Positions 8,697-18,883 of a DNA stretch of 64,000 nt are shown one piece after another. The notes beneath the pieces are model-generated. The model saw nothing but the letters and a program-made list of their open reading frames with translations, was not told the origin of the DNA and searched no databases. The position numbers were made by a program, and so were the translations under genes. Numbering within the stretch: position 1 is the first letter of the stretch; each line of letters starts with the position of its first letter. The DNA lies in contig OY969474.1 of the NCBI GenBank assembly GCA_963700145.1, positions 1,248,001 through 1,312,000 on the forward strand, read 5' to 3'. The stretch comes from an uncultured Acidobacteriota bacterium. GTDB lineage: Bacteria > Acidobacteriota > Thermoanaerobaculia > Multivoradales > UBA5704.

Positions 8697-9974
8697 ATGA
8701 ATCTCGCGCTCGCCACCCTGGCCGGCCTGTCGGTGCTGGCGGTCCTGGTCTGGCTGCTGCTCCAGCTCCAGCGCACCTCCTTCCTGGCGCGGCAGCTCGC
8801 CTTCCCGCTCTACGTCGCGGCGGCGACGGCGGGGCTGTGGACCGCCACCCTCTTCCCCGCCGGCAAGCCGGCGATGCGGGTCTTCGAGTGGGCGCTCGTC
8901 TTCCTGGTCTGCGTCACCGTGCTGCGCGTCCTCGGGCTCCTCCTCTTCGACGTCCACCTGCACGGGCGCAAGGGGATGCGCCTGCCGCCGCTGCTGCCGG
9001 CGGTGGCCTTGGGACTGGCCTACGTCGTCACGGCGCTGATCAGCCTGAAGCTCACCTTCCGCGAGCTCTCCTTCACCGCCCTCCTCGCCTCGACCGCCGT
9101 CACCTCGCTGGTGCTCGGTCTCGCCCTCCAGCCCATCCTCGCCAACTTCTTCGCCGGCCTGGTCATCAGCCTCGAGCGGCCGTTCCGCATCAACGACTGG
9201 ATCAAGGTCGGGGACACCGAAGGGCGCGTGGTGGCGATCAACTGGCGCACGACGCACCTGCGCACCCGCGACAACGACAACGTGATCTTCCCCAACAGCA
9301 AGATCTCCGACGAGCGCGTCCTCAACTACTTCTACCCCCAGCCGATGCACCTGGAGCGGATCGTCGTCGGCGTCCACTACCGCACGCCCCCCTACCGCGT
9401 GCGGCGCGCCCTGCTGGAGTGCGCGGCCGGGGTGCCCGGGGCGCTGGAGAAGCCGACGCCGGAGGTCTACCTGCTCGGCTTCGGCGAGAGCGCCGTGACC
9501 TACGAGCTGCGGGTGTGGATCGAGGACATCGCGCAGGCGCCGCGCATCGCCAGCGACCTGCGTACCAGGATCTGGGAGGAGTTCAAGCGCGAGGGGCTGG
9601 TCATCCCCTACCCCATCCAGACCCTCGAGCTGGCGCCGCGGGTGCGGGCGCGCCTGGCCGAGAGCGAGGAGGGGCCGCCGCCGGCCCGCCTCTTCGTCGC
9701 CGAGGGGCCGGACCGCGGGCGGTCGCTGGAGCTCGACGGCGCGGCGGTGACCCTCGGGCGCTCGCGCGGCTGCGCGCTCCCCCTCTCCGACCCCAACGCC
9801 AGCAAGGAGCACCTCAAGATCGAATGGACCCCGGAGGGCTATCTGATGTCCGATCTCGGCAGCAGCTTCGGCACCCTGGTCAACGGCCGGCCGGCGACCA
9901 CCGCCCTGCTCCGGCCGCTCGACCGCATCGCCGTCGGCGAGACGACCATCGTCTTCGAGAGCGATGCCCGCTGA
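8697..9974 (+). CDS. MscS mechanosensitive channel fused to a C-terminal FHA domain
   Basis: LGLALQPILANFFAGL..ERPFRINDWI..GRVVAINWRTT (MscS); LGR...SKEH...DLGSSFGTLVNG...GETTIVF (FHA). Confidence 0.88.
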   Translation: MNLALATLAGLSVLAVLVWLLLQLQRTSFLARQLAFPLYVAAATAGLWTATLFPAGKPAMRVFEWALVFLVCVTVLRVLGLLLFDVHLHGRKGMRLPPLLPAVALGLAYVVTALISLKLTFRELSFTALLASTAVTSLVLGLALQPILANFFAGLVISLERPFRINDWIKVGDTEGRVVAINWRTTHLRTRDNDNVIFPNSKISDERVLNYFYPQPMHLERIVVGVHYRTPPYRVRRALLECAAGVPGALEKPTPEVYLLGFGESAVTYELRVWIEDIAQAPRIASDLRTRIWEEFKREGLVIPYPIQTLELAPRVRARLAESEEGPPPARLFVAEGPDRGRSLELDGAAVTLGRSRGCALPLSDPNASKEHLKIEWTPEGYLMSDLGSSFGTLVNGRPATTALLRPLDRIAVGETTIVFESDAR

Positions 9975-10932
9975 GACGCCGGAGCGGCTCGGCCCCTATC
10001 AGGTACTGGCCCCGCTCGGCCGGCGCGGCTCGCTGGTCGTCTACGACGGGGTGGAGGCGGCGAGCAACCGCCCGGTGACGCTCAAGGCGCTGCAGCCTCG
10101 CCTGGCCGAGAACCCCGAGGCGGTGCGCCGCTTCGAGGCGGCGGTCGAGGCGGCGGCGCGGCTCCCCCAGCACGCGCACGTGCTGCCGGTCCTCGGCCGC
10201 GGCCAGGAGGACGGCGTCCCCTTCGCCGCCTTCGAGCGCTTCTCCGGCACGCCGCTGCACGAGGTGCTGCGGCAGCGGCGGCTGTCGCTGCAGGAGGCGA
10301 TGGAGGCCGTCAAGGCGATCTGCCGCGGCCTCCAGCACGCCCACGCCCGCGGCCTGCTGCACGGCAGCCTCGACCCCTGGACGGTGCTGGTGGCGCCCGA
10401 CCTCTCGGAGGTCCGGCTCACCGACTTCGGCCTCGGCCGGCTGCCGGCGCCGACCAGCCTGACGACGACGATCAACACCACCGAGATCACCCTCAGCGGC
10501 TTCCACTACCTCGCCCCCGAGCTGCTGGAGCTCAACGCCCGGGGCGACGCCCGCGCCGACCTCTACTCGGCCGGCGTCATGTTCCACGAGATGCTGACCG
10601 GCCGGGCGCCGGGGGGGAAGTTCAGCCTGCCGAGCCAGCTGAACGGCGAGCTGCCGTCGGAGATCGACGTCGTGGTGCTGAAGTGCCTGGCGCGCCGCCC
10701 CGAGGACCGCTACCGCAACGCCGGCGAGCTGCTGGCCGAGCTCGAGCGCCTGGAGGAGACGCTGCGCCTGCGCCTCCTCTCCGAGCTGCGCGGCATCACG
10801 CGCGGGACCTCGCGCCTCCTCGGCGGCGGCGAGGAGGCCGGCGCCGGCGGCGGCAAGCGGACGCTGCTGCTGGTCGTGGCGATCGCCGTCCTGCTGGCGC
10901 TCCTGGCAGCCGCCGGGCTGCTGCTGACGTAG
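9964..10932 (+). CDS. Hanks-type Ser/Thr kinase-like protein (probable pseudokinase) with C-terminal TM anchor
   Basis: VTLK, DFG, YLAPE and DLYSAG retained; catalytic loop reads HGSLDPWTV instead of HRDLKPxN. Confidence 0.85.
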   Translation: MPAETPERLGPYQVLAPLGRRGSLVVYDGVEAASNRPVTLKALQPRLAENPEAVRRFEAAVEAAARLPQHAHVLPVLGRGQEDGVPFAAFERFSGTPLHEVLRQRRLSLQEAMEAVKAICRGLQHAHARGLLHGSLDPWTVLVAPDLSEVRLTDFGLGRLPAPTSLTTTINTTEITLSGFHYLAPELLELNARGDARADLYSAGVMFHEMLTGRAPGGKFSLPSQLNGELPSEIDVVVLKCLARRPEDRYRNAGELLAELERLEETLRLRLLSELRGITRGTSRLLGGGEEAGAGGGKRTLLLVVAIAVLLALLAAAGLLLT

Positions 10933-10939
10933 GCGATAG

Positions 10940-11021
10940 AACGCCCGGCACGTGGGCCGGGCGCTACGTCCGCTTTTGCGGCCGTCTTGGTTCGTAGCGC
11001 CCGGCCTACGTGCCGGGCGTT
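10940..11021. repeat. Inverted pair of GTAG-type REP-like palindromes between convergent genes
   Basis: AACGCCCGGCACGTGGGCCGGGCGCTACG...CGTAGCGCCCGGCCTACGTGCCGGGCGTT; each arm is itself a hairpin. Confidence 0.75.
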
Positions 11022-11023
11022 TT

Positions 11024-13447
11024 CTATTCCGCGCGCAGCGCCACGATCGGGTCGACCTGCGTCGCCCGCCGCGCCGGCAGCCAGCTGGCCGCGAGCGCCA
11101 CCAGCGCCAGCAGCACCGGCACCGCCGCGAAGGTCAGCGGGTCCGTCGCTTCCACGCCGTAGAGGAAGCTGGCCAGGAGGCGCGTCGCGAGATACGCCGC
11201 CACCAGCCCCACCGCAGCGCCCACCAGCACCAGCCGCAGCCCCTGCCCGACGACCAGCCGCTGCACCTGCTCGCGGCGGGCGCCGAGCGCCATGCGCAGC
11301 CCCATCTCGTGGCGGCGCTGGGTGACGCCGTAGCTGATGACGCCGTAGACGCCGACCGAGGCGAGCACCAGGGCGAGGCCGGCGAAAATCGCCAGGAGCG
11401 TGGTGCGGAAGCGCTGCTCGGCGAGCGACTCGGCCACCACCTTGGTCAGCGGGCGGACGCTGAAGACCGGCAGGTCGGCGTCGGCGCGGCGCACCGCCTC
11501 GCGCACCGGCGGCGCCAGGCGCATCGGGTCGCCGTCGGTGCGCACCACCAGCACGGCGGCCGAGGACGGGGCCTGCGCCATCGGCAGGTAGGTCTCCGCC
11601 GCCGGCTCGGTGTCGAGCGTCATGTGGCGCACGTCGCCGACCACGCCGACCACCGTCCGCCATTCGACGTCATCGTCGCCGGGGTCGTCGAAGGTGAAGC
11701 GCTTGCCGACGGCCTCCTCGCCGGGCCAGGTCTTCTCGGCCATCGTGCGGTTGACGACCGCCACCGGCAGGACGCCGTCGCGGTCGCCGGCGTTCAGGCG
11801 GCGGCCGCGGACGAGGGGGATGGCGAGCGATTCGAGGTAGCCGGGCGTGACGAAGCGGATGTGGCTCGTCTCCTCCTGTCCCGGCGGCGGCTCGGGGCGC
11901 CCCTCGACGACGAAGCTCAGCACGTAGGCGCTGCCGCCGAGCGGCAGCGGGTAGCCGGCGCCGGCGCTCACCACGCCGGGGAGCCCGCGCACCTCCGCCA
12001 GCACCTCGTCGTAGAAGGCGGCGATGCGCGGGTCGTCGTCGGGGTAGCGGGCCTCGGGAAGGTTGACCTCGAGGGTCAGGATGCCGGCGGTCTCGAAGCC
12101 CGGGCTGACGGCCGAGAGGCCGACGAGGCTGCGCAAGAGGAGCCCGGCGGCGACCAGCAGCACCAGGGTGAGCGCCACCTCGACGACCACCAGGGCGCCG
12201 CGCGCCGAGCGGGCGCGCACGCCGGCGCTCGCCCCGCGGCCGCCCTCCTTGAGCGTGCCCTGGAGGTCGGGGCGCGCGGCGTGGAGCGCCGGCACCAGGC
12301 CGAAGACGAGGCCGGTGACGACCGCCAGCGCCAGCGTGAAGAGGAGGACGGGAGGCTCGAGGCCGATCTCGGCGGCGCGCGGGATGTTGTCGGCGTTCAT
12401 GGCGACCAGGGCGCGGGTGCCCCAAAGGGCGACGAGCAGCCCGAGACCGGCGCCGGCCAGGGCCAGCAGCACGCTCTCGGTCAGGAACTGGCGCACCAGG
12501 CGGCCGCGGCCGGCGCCGAGCGCGGTGCGCACCGCCACCTCGCGCTCGCGCGACGCCATCCGCGCCAGCAGCAGGTTGGCGACGTTGGCGCAGGCGATCA
12601 GCAGCACCACCGCCACCGTCGCCATCAGCACCAGGAGCGCCGGGCGGACGTCCTCGACGATCAGCTCGCGCAGCGGCACCGCGTTGACCGTCCAGCCGGT
12701 GTTGCTGTCGGGGTACTGCTTCTCGAGGCGGCTGGCGATGACCGTGAGCTCCGCCTGCGCCCGGGCGACCGGGACGCCGGGCTTGAGCCGCCCGACGACG
12801 CCGAGGAAGTGGCCGCCGCGCATCTGCGGCGTGATCTCCAGGGCGAGCGGCGTCCAGACCTCGACGCGGCTGGGGAACTGGAAGCCCTCCGGCGCGATGC
12901 CGACGACGGTGTGCGGCGTCCCCTCGAGCTCGATGGTGCGGCCGACGAGCTGGCGGTCGGCGCCGAAGCGGCGGCGCCAGAGCTCGTGCGAGAGGACGGC
13001 GACCGGCGGCGCGCCGGGGCGGTCGTCGGCGGCGCCGATGCCGCGGCCGAGCGCCGGCGGCACTTCGAGGGTCTCGAAGAAGCCGGCCGAGATCTGCGCG
13101 CCCTCCAGCCGCTCGGGCTCGGCGCCGCCGCCGGTCAGGCTGGGGTTGGCGCGCGTCATGGCGGCCATGCCGGCGAAGGAGCGGCTCTGGGCGCGCCAAT
13201 CGACGAAGTTGGGCGGCGAGGAGGTGAAGCGGTCGAAGCCGCGGGAGGGGTTGGCGTCGATGAGCATCACCAGCCGCTCGGGGCTGGGGTACGGCAGCGG
13301 CTCGAGGAGCACGCCGTAGACGACGCTGAAGATGGCGGTGTTGGCGCCGATCCCGAGCGCCAGCGCCAGCAGCGCGGCGGCGGTGTGGCCGGGGCTGCGG
13401 CGCAGGGAGCGGAGGGCGAAGCGGATGTCCTGCCAGAGTCTTTCCAA
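11024..13447 (-). CDS. ADOP-family duplicated ABC permease (MacB/FtsX-like)
   Basis: LWQDIRFALRSLRRSPG, LALGIGANTAIFSVV, LLIACANVANLLLAR, PARRATQVDPIVALRAE. Confidence 0.93.
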   Translation of the reverse strand: MERLWQDIRFALRSLRRSPGHTAAALLALALGIGANTAIFSVVYGVLLEPLPYPSPERLVMLIDANPSRGFDRFTSSPPNFVDWRAQSRSFAGMAAMTRANPSLTGGGAEPERLEGAQISAGFFETLEVPPALGRGIGAADDRPGAPPVAVLSHELWRRRFGADRQLVGRTIELEGTPHTVVGIAPEGFQFPSRVEVWTPLALEITPQMRGGHFLGVVGRLKPGVPVARAQAELTVIASRLEKQYPDSNTGWTVNAVPLRELIVEDVRPALLVLMATVAVVLLIACANVANLLLARMASREREVAVRTALGAGRGRLVRQFLTESVLLALAGAGLGLLVALWGTRALVAMNADNIPRAAEIGLEPPVLLFTLALAVVTGLVFGLVPALHAARPDLQGTLKEGGRGASAGVRARSARGALVVVEVALTLVLLVAAGLLLRSLVGLSAVSPGFETAGILTLEVNLPEARYPDDDPRIAAFYDEVLAEVRGLPGVVSAGAGYPLPLGGSAYVLSFVVEGRPEPPPGQEETSHIRFVTPGYLESLAIPLVRGRRLNAGDRDGVLPVAVVNRTMAEKTWPGEEAVGKRFTFDDPGDDDVEWRTVVGVVGDVRHMTLDTEPAAETYLPMAQAPSSAAVLVVRTDGDPMRLAPPVREAVRRADADLPVFSVRPLTKVVAESLAEQRFRTTLLAIFAGLALVLASVGVYGVISYGVTQRRHEMGLRMALGARREQVQRLVVGQGLRLVLVGAAVGLVAAYLATRLLASFLYGVEATDPLTFAAVPVLLALVALAASWLPARRATQVDPIVALRAE

Positions 13448-13522
13448 GGGGAGGCCTCCCGGGCGTTCTTACCTCTACGCAGGCGCGGGGCCAGGGTTTT
13501 TCCTCGCGTAGAATCCGCCGCG

Positions 13523-14110
13523 ATGGACCTCAGCTCCGAGCAGCAGCGCGCCCTGGACTACCTGCGCCGCAAGGGGACGGAGGCGCCGGTCGAGCGGCTG
13601 CGCGAGCACGTGGCGGGAACGTTCGCGGAGCTGGAGGCGCTGCTCGACGGCGTGCCGCCGGCGCTGCGGGCGGTCCCCCCCGGGCCGGGGCGCTGGTCGG
13701 TGCAGGAGGTCGTCGATCACCTGGTCGAGAGCCACCGGCCGGCGCTCGTGCAGCTCCGGTCGCTGGTCGCCGGCGAGCGCCCCGCGGGCGGGCCGGTGCC
13801 GGCGAGCCTCCAATCCGCGGCGCCGCACGAGCGCCCGTGGGACGACCTGGTCGCCGAGTTGCGCCAGATCCACCGCGGCTTCCGCAAGGTCCTCGCCGAC
13901 GCCGGCGACGACGTCTCGCTGGCGGTCACCGGCCCGATCGTCATGGTGGTCAAGGTGGCGGACGCCTCCGGCGCCCTCACGCCGGAGGCGTCCGAGCACG
14001 AGCTGGACTGGAAGGCCTTCGCCCAGGTCTTCCGCGTCCACACCCTCCAGCACCGCGACCAGATCCGCGCGACCCTTGCCGATCTCGTCCAGGCGCCCGC
14101 ACCCTCATAG
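13523..14110 (+). CDS. DinB-family protein
   Basis: Start at MDLSSEQ; GRWSVQEVVDHL and HTLQHRDQI. Confidence 0.75.
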   Translation: MDLSSEQQRALDYLRRKGTEAPVERLREHVAGTFAELEALLDGVPPALRAVPPGPGRWSVQEVVDHLVESHRPALVQLRSLVAGERPAGGPVPASLQSAAPHERPWDDLVAELRQIHRGFRKVLADAGDDVSLAVTGPIVMVVKVADASGALTPEASEHELDWKAFAQVFRVHTLQHRDQIRATLADLVQAPAPS

Positions 14111-14126
14111 CTTCATGGAGAAGCCC

Positions 14127-14948
<822 letters not shown>

Positions 14949-14972
14949 TCCCGGCCGGCGCGCCGGCCGCCC

Positions 14973-15155
14973 CTACCTCACGGCCGCGCCGCGGCCGACC
15001 ACGAACCCCGCGATGCCGAGCACGATCGCGATCACGCCCAGGACCCGGGTGAGCGTGAGACCGCAGGCGATGCAGACGATGCCGTCGGGCGTGAACATCA
15101 GAGCGCCGACGATGATGAGGAAAGCGAACGCCAGGACGCGGACGAGATTCGGCAT
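14973..15155 (-). CDS. Small two-TM protein with a CxxC loop
   Basis: Purine-rich SD-like sequence upstream; TM-PDGIVCIACG-TM. Confidence 0.65.
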   Translation of the reverse strand: MPNLVRVLAFAFLIIVGALMFTPDGIVCIACGLTLTRVLGVIAIVLGIAGFVVGRGAAVR

Positions 15156-15273
15156 CTCCCTGCCTCCTCGAGCAGCCGCTGATGGACGGCAACCCCGCAG
15201 TGGGCGGCGAGACCAGTGAGGGGAAACGCTGTCGGGTGAGCCGCGCGGATCCTAGGTCAGCGCGCGGAAGGCG

Positions 15274-15723
15274 TCAACCGGGTGGGAGCGATTCGAGCTG
15301 CTCGATGTCTGCGAGGTCTTGGAGCCTGCCGGTGGTCCGTTTGTTCTGGATTAGGTGGCGGCGGGACAAGACGGCGGCAGGCTGGCCGGCGAACGTGGTC
15401 TCGACACGCTCCGCCCAAGCCTCCGCGAACTCGACGCCGTCGATTGAGGTCAGGACGTCGATCCGCACGGGGGGCAGTCCAACCTGGAAGATCAGACCGG
15501 GCTGCGTCAGGTCGTGCGCGACCAAGTCCTGTAGGGGGGCGCCGAAAGAGCCGAGCGCATCCAGCACCTTCGAAGCATTGCCGGGCGATGGGTTCACCCA
15601 GACGTCAAGGTCCTTCGTGGCGCGGACGTGTCCATGAGCGGCGAGCGCATGCGCTCCCACGACCAGATACTCAACGCCCGCGGCGTTGAACTCGGCTAAC
15701 AGATCTCTGAAGTCGGGGTTCAT
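15274..15723 (-). CDS. Nucleotidyltransferase-fold protein (DUF6036-like)
   Basis: YLVVGAHA..HG..RATKDLD and NKR..GR.QDLAD. Confidence 0.85.
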   Translation of the reverse strand: MNPDFRDLLAEFNAAGVEYLVVGAHALAAHGHVRATKDLDVWVNPSPGNASKVLDALGSFGAPLQDLVAHDLTQPGLIFQVGLPPVRIDVLTSIDGVEFAEAWAERVETTFAGQPAAVLSRRHLIQNKRTTGRLQDLADIEQLESLPPG

Positions 15724-15934
15724 CGCCGCCGTCGCTGTGCCACCCCATGCACGCTTTCGTCAACGTCCAGACACCTTCGATGCGCTCTGCCGGCGCGAGC
15801 ACCAGCCAGTCGCGGTCCCGCGGGACAGGCTCTCCTGCTCGGATCACACGGGAGGTGATCAACCGCTGCCGCTGACTTCGGGTACTCACAGTCGCTATTC
15901 TATCACCGTGTACCGTGTACGAGGTGACATGCAT
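15671..15934 (-). CDS. Small partner of the nucleotidyltransferase (true start may be internal)
   Basis: DW..L.P.ERI...W.L...EPRLQR motif; overlaps the NTase gene. Confidence 0.55.
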   Translation of the reverse strand: MHVTSYTVHGDRIATVSTRSQRQRLITSRVIRAGEPVPRDRDWLVLAPAERIEGVWTLTKACMGWHSDGGDEPRLQRSVSRVQRRGR

Positions 15935-15963
15935 ACGAGGCCAATATATTTACTGTGAGTAGC

Positions 15964-17424
15964 TCAAGACTTTTCGGCGGCCAACCGACCTTCCAGCCAG
16001 ATGACTTCGCGTCGCCGACGGCCGTAGCCGCATGCCTCAATCAGATCGCGCGCGCGGGTAAGATGCCTGCTAGCCGTCCTCTTGTCCCCTTGTTGGAGGC
16101 GGGTGCGGGTCCACTCAAGTTGAGCATCGGCTTCAAAAAGGCGCATCTGGCCCCGCTCGGCGATCTCTCCGACCTCGCGGAGATCGCCGGCAGCAGCGGC
16201 CAGATCACCTTGGAGGCGGCGGAGCGCGGCACGCGCAAGGAGGCCCCGGGGAAGCTCATCTTGCTGACCAGCTTGCCGAAGTCCCTCGATCGCTCGGTTT
16301 AGGTACTCGTCGGCCAGGTAGAGCTCCGCCAAGTCGACAGTTAGACCCAGGCCCAGATAGGCACGGCCTAACGTGAGGTGGTAAAGAGCGATATCAAGGA
16401 GCCAGTTCATCGACATGATCTGGCCCAACGTTCGCTGTGCCCGATCGCGGGCCTCTTCACAGGCCTTTTGGTATCGCGCGCGCGACTGATCGTTGCTATT
16501 TATATCGTCTAGCCCTGAACCGTCCTCCGGCTCAGAGCTTCCCAAGAGCAAATCGCAATAGCGAAAGCCCTGCACTGAATGAAGAAGGAGATCCCCAGGC
16601 TGTTGTTGCGAGTGCAGAACCTCCGCCTCCCGGAAGAGAGACCCACTTTCCTTTAGCTTGCCCTCTTGGTGAGCAACATCGGCCAGAACCGTCCGGCTGA
16701 CCACCCTTGCGAACAAATCTCCTGAGCGATCAGCCAGCTCGACACTTTGCCTTCCAGCCTCAACAGCTTCTGCGATCTGGCCGAAGGTCAAGAGTAGCTC
16801 GCACAAATTGCTCGCAGCGCGTGCCGCTTCCGGCCAGCGTGCTTCCTCAATCCGGAGCGCTAGTCCCGCCCGAAGCGGCTGGCCGGCTTCCTGCAGTCTG
16901 CCAAGGGCGCGCAGGATGAATCCAGCCTCGTTTAGTAAGAAGGCCTGAGCCGACGGGGACAGTCGGGGAGAGAGTTGGTTCCAGGGCCGTTCGAAGAAAG
17001 CGGCGAGTGCTGCCAGCTCGACACCAAACGCACCGAGCGTCCTCAGACTAAAACCTTCATTGCCGCGCCGAATTCGCCGTAGGAAAATGTTCTCCAGTAC
17101 CTCTTGCTCTCGGCCAGCCTTGCATCCATGAACGACCGCCGCATAAAGTGGCAGAAGCAGCTCAAGCGTGTCTGGATACTCTTGTGAGGTCTGCCGGTAG
17201 TGCTCGTAAAGTCGCTCATGTCCCAGACGCCAAGCCTCTGGGGCCTCCTCTCGAAGCCGTTTCCCGAAGTGCTCCCGTACGAGAGGATGGGTATCGATCG
17301 GAGCGTTCACGTCACCGGACGCCTCGATCGTTACCAGATGCGCACTTCGAAGCCGCGACAAAGCTTTGCGCCAATCTTGTTCGTCGTTCAAGCCGATCCC
17401 ATCAGTGAGCCCCGAGATGGAAGG
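15964..17424 (-). pseudogene. 3' part of the STAND ATPase-TPR gene (TPR region), cut by IS256
   Basis: DTHPLVREHF winged-helix motif followed by TPR-like helices; in frame with 18884-20073 after removing the IS. Confidence 0.85.
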
Positions 17425-18883
17425 GGGGATGCCCCGTTCCCTGTTGAAAGCCGAAAGAGGGAAAGCGGCTCGGTTGATCATGCCACGGCCTTGGTGTTCG
17501 TCGGTTCCTCGATCGCCGCGAGCGCGAGCTCGAGAGCCCCGAGGTGCCGATGTCCCTTGACACGCCGGAAGCCAGCCTCCGCGTCACACAGCGCCAGGGC
17601 GACCCAGCGCAGCACCATGTCGCCGCCGCGCCAGCGCTTGACGTTGCGCGTCGTCGTACGGATCGAGCCGATCGTGTTCTCGATCGCGTTGGTCGAGGCG
17701 AGCAACCGGCGCAGAGCGTCGGGCAGCTTCAGCCGCAAGGCGGTGAGGGTCTCGTCGAGGCCCTCGCGCAGGCTGCCCGCGGCGCCCGCGTGGCCTGCGT
17801 GCTCGAGCCAGCGGGCAAGCTGCTCGAGGCGACGCTTGGCGAGGTCGAAGCGAGCGCTCTGGTAGGCCTCGACCATCAGGCGGTCGACCCGGGCTTGGAG
17901 CTGCTTGGGCAGGTGGTCGCGGACGTTGCGGCGCTTGTGGAGCTGGCAGCGCTGGACGTGGGTTGCGTCCCCGAAGACGGCGCGCACGGCCTTGCGCAGC
18001 CCCTTGCCGCCGTCGAGCACCGCCAAGAAGCGCGGCGGCATCGCGAGGCCTCGCTCCAACAGCTCCTGGAGCAGGCCGGTACAGAGCGCCGCGTTCTCCG
18101 TCGCGCCTTCACGCAGGCCGAGCACCCGCTTGGTCCCGTCGCGCGCGATGCCGAGTGCCACCACCAGGGTGTGGCCGGCCACCTCCAGCCCGTCGATCAT
18201 CAGGATCAGGGGCTGGAAGTCCGACAGGTCTCGGCGCAGCCACGCGCCCAGCAGACGACGCGTCCCCGCCACCAGCCGGCGCTGGACCGCACTCTTGCTC
18301 GTCGCGCGCTCCGGCACCGACTCTGCGAGCGGCTCCAAGCTCCGACCGTAGCGGCGCTGCGAGACGCCGACCAGCGCCTGCTCGATCACCCGCTCCGTGA
18401 AGGGATCTTCGTCCTGAAAGGCGCGCACCGAAGGCAAGCTCATCTCGCCACCGTCGCGTCGCCGGACGCGCGGTCGCGGCAGCGCCACCTGGCGGCCACC
18501 CAGCACGAACTCGCTCGCCGTCGAGCCCCAGCGGTACGCCTCGCGGGTCGGATTGCGCCGACGCTTCGGACCGACGACGGCCTCGACCTCGTCCGCGAGC
18601 TGCCGCCCCAGGGCCTCGACGCCCGCGGCGTGAAACAGCTCCAGCAGCCCCTGGCGGCTGGCCTCGATGCCCTCGACCATCGGCCGCAGCAGCGCTTGTA
18701 GCCCGTGGCTGATGCGCGCCGCACGGCCCCCTTGCCACACCACCCGCCTTTCTGCTCTCGTCTTCATCACGGCTCCTTGGCCCCCTGGCGGGGCCGGTTA
18801 TTCGACCAACCCGATTCTCGATCAGGTGGGCCGAGGAGCCGCCTTCACCTCATTGCTCTTTCAACAGCGGGAGGGACAACCCC
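17425..18883 (-). mobile_element. IS256-family insertion sequence, 1459 bp
   Basis: Imperfect 36-bp terminal IRs (GGGGATGCCCCGTTCCCTGTTGAAAG.. / GGGGTTGTCCCTCCCGCTGTTGAAAG..); 8-bp TSD ATGGAAGG at 17417-17424 and 18884-18891. Confidence 0.95.
17478..18770 (-). CDS. IS256-family transposase
   Basis: LMIDG, VLDGGKGL, VQRCQLHK.RN, STNAIE (Mutator-type DDE with CxxH). Confidence 0.95.
   Translation of the reverse strand: MMKTRAERRVVWQGGRAARISHGLQALLRPMVEGIEASRQGLLELFHAAGVEALGRQLADEVEAVVGPKRRRNPTREAYRWGSTASEFVLGGRQVALPRPRVRRRDGGEMSLPSVRAFQDEDPFTERVIEQALVGVSQRRYGRSLEPLAESVPERATSKSAVQRRLVAGTRRLLGAWLRRDLSDFQPLILMIDGLEVAGHTLVVALGIARDGTKRVLGLREGATENAALCTGLLQELLERGLAMPPRFLAVLDGGKGLRKAVRAVFGDATHVQRCQLHKRRNVRDHLPKQLQARVDRLMVEAYQSARFDLAKRRLEQLARWLEHAGHAGAAGSLREGLDETLTALRLKLPDALRRLLASTNAIENTIGSIRTTTRNVKRWRGGDMVLRWVALALCDAEAGFRRVKGHRHLGALELALAAIEEPTNTKAVA

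Noticed and set aside
10952-13500. Long + strand ORFs (e.g. 1052 aa) and similar R/A/G/P-rich ORFs throughout
   Set aside because: These are antisense or off-frame shadows of real genes in high-GC DNA; only the 3' DinB part from 13523 is real.
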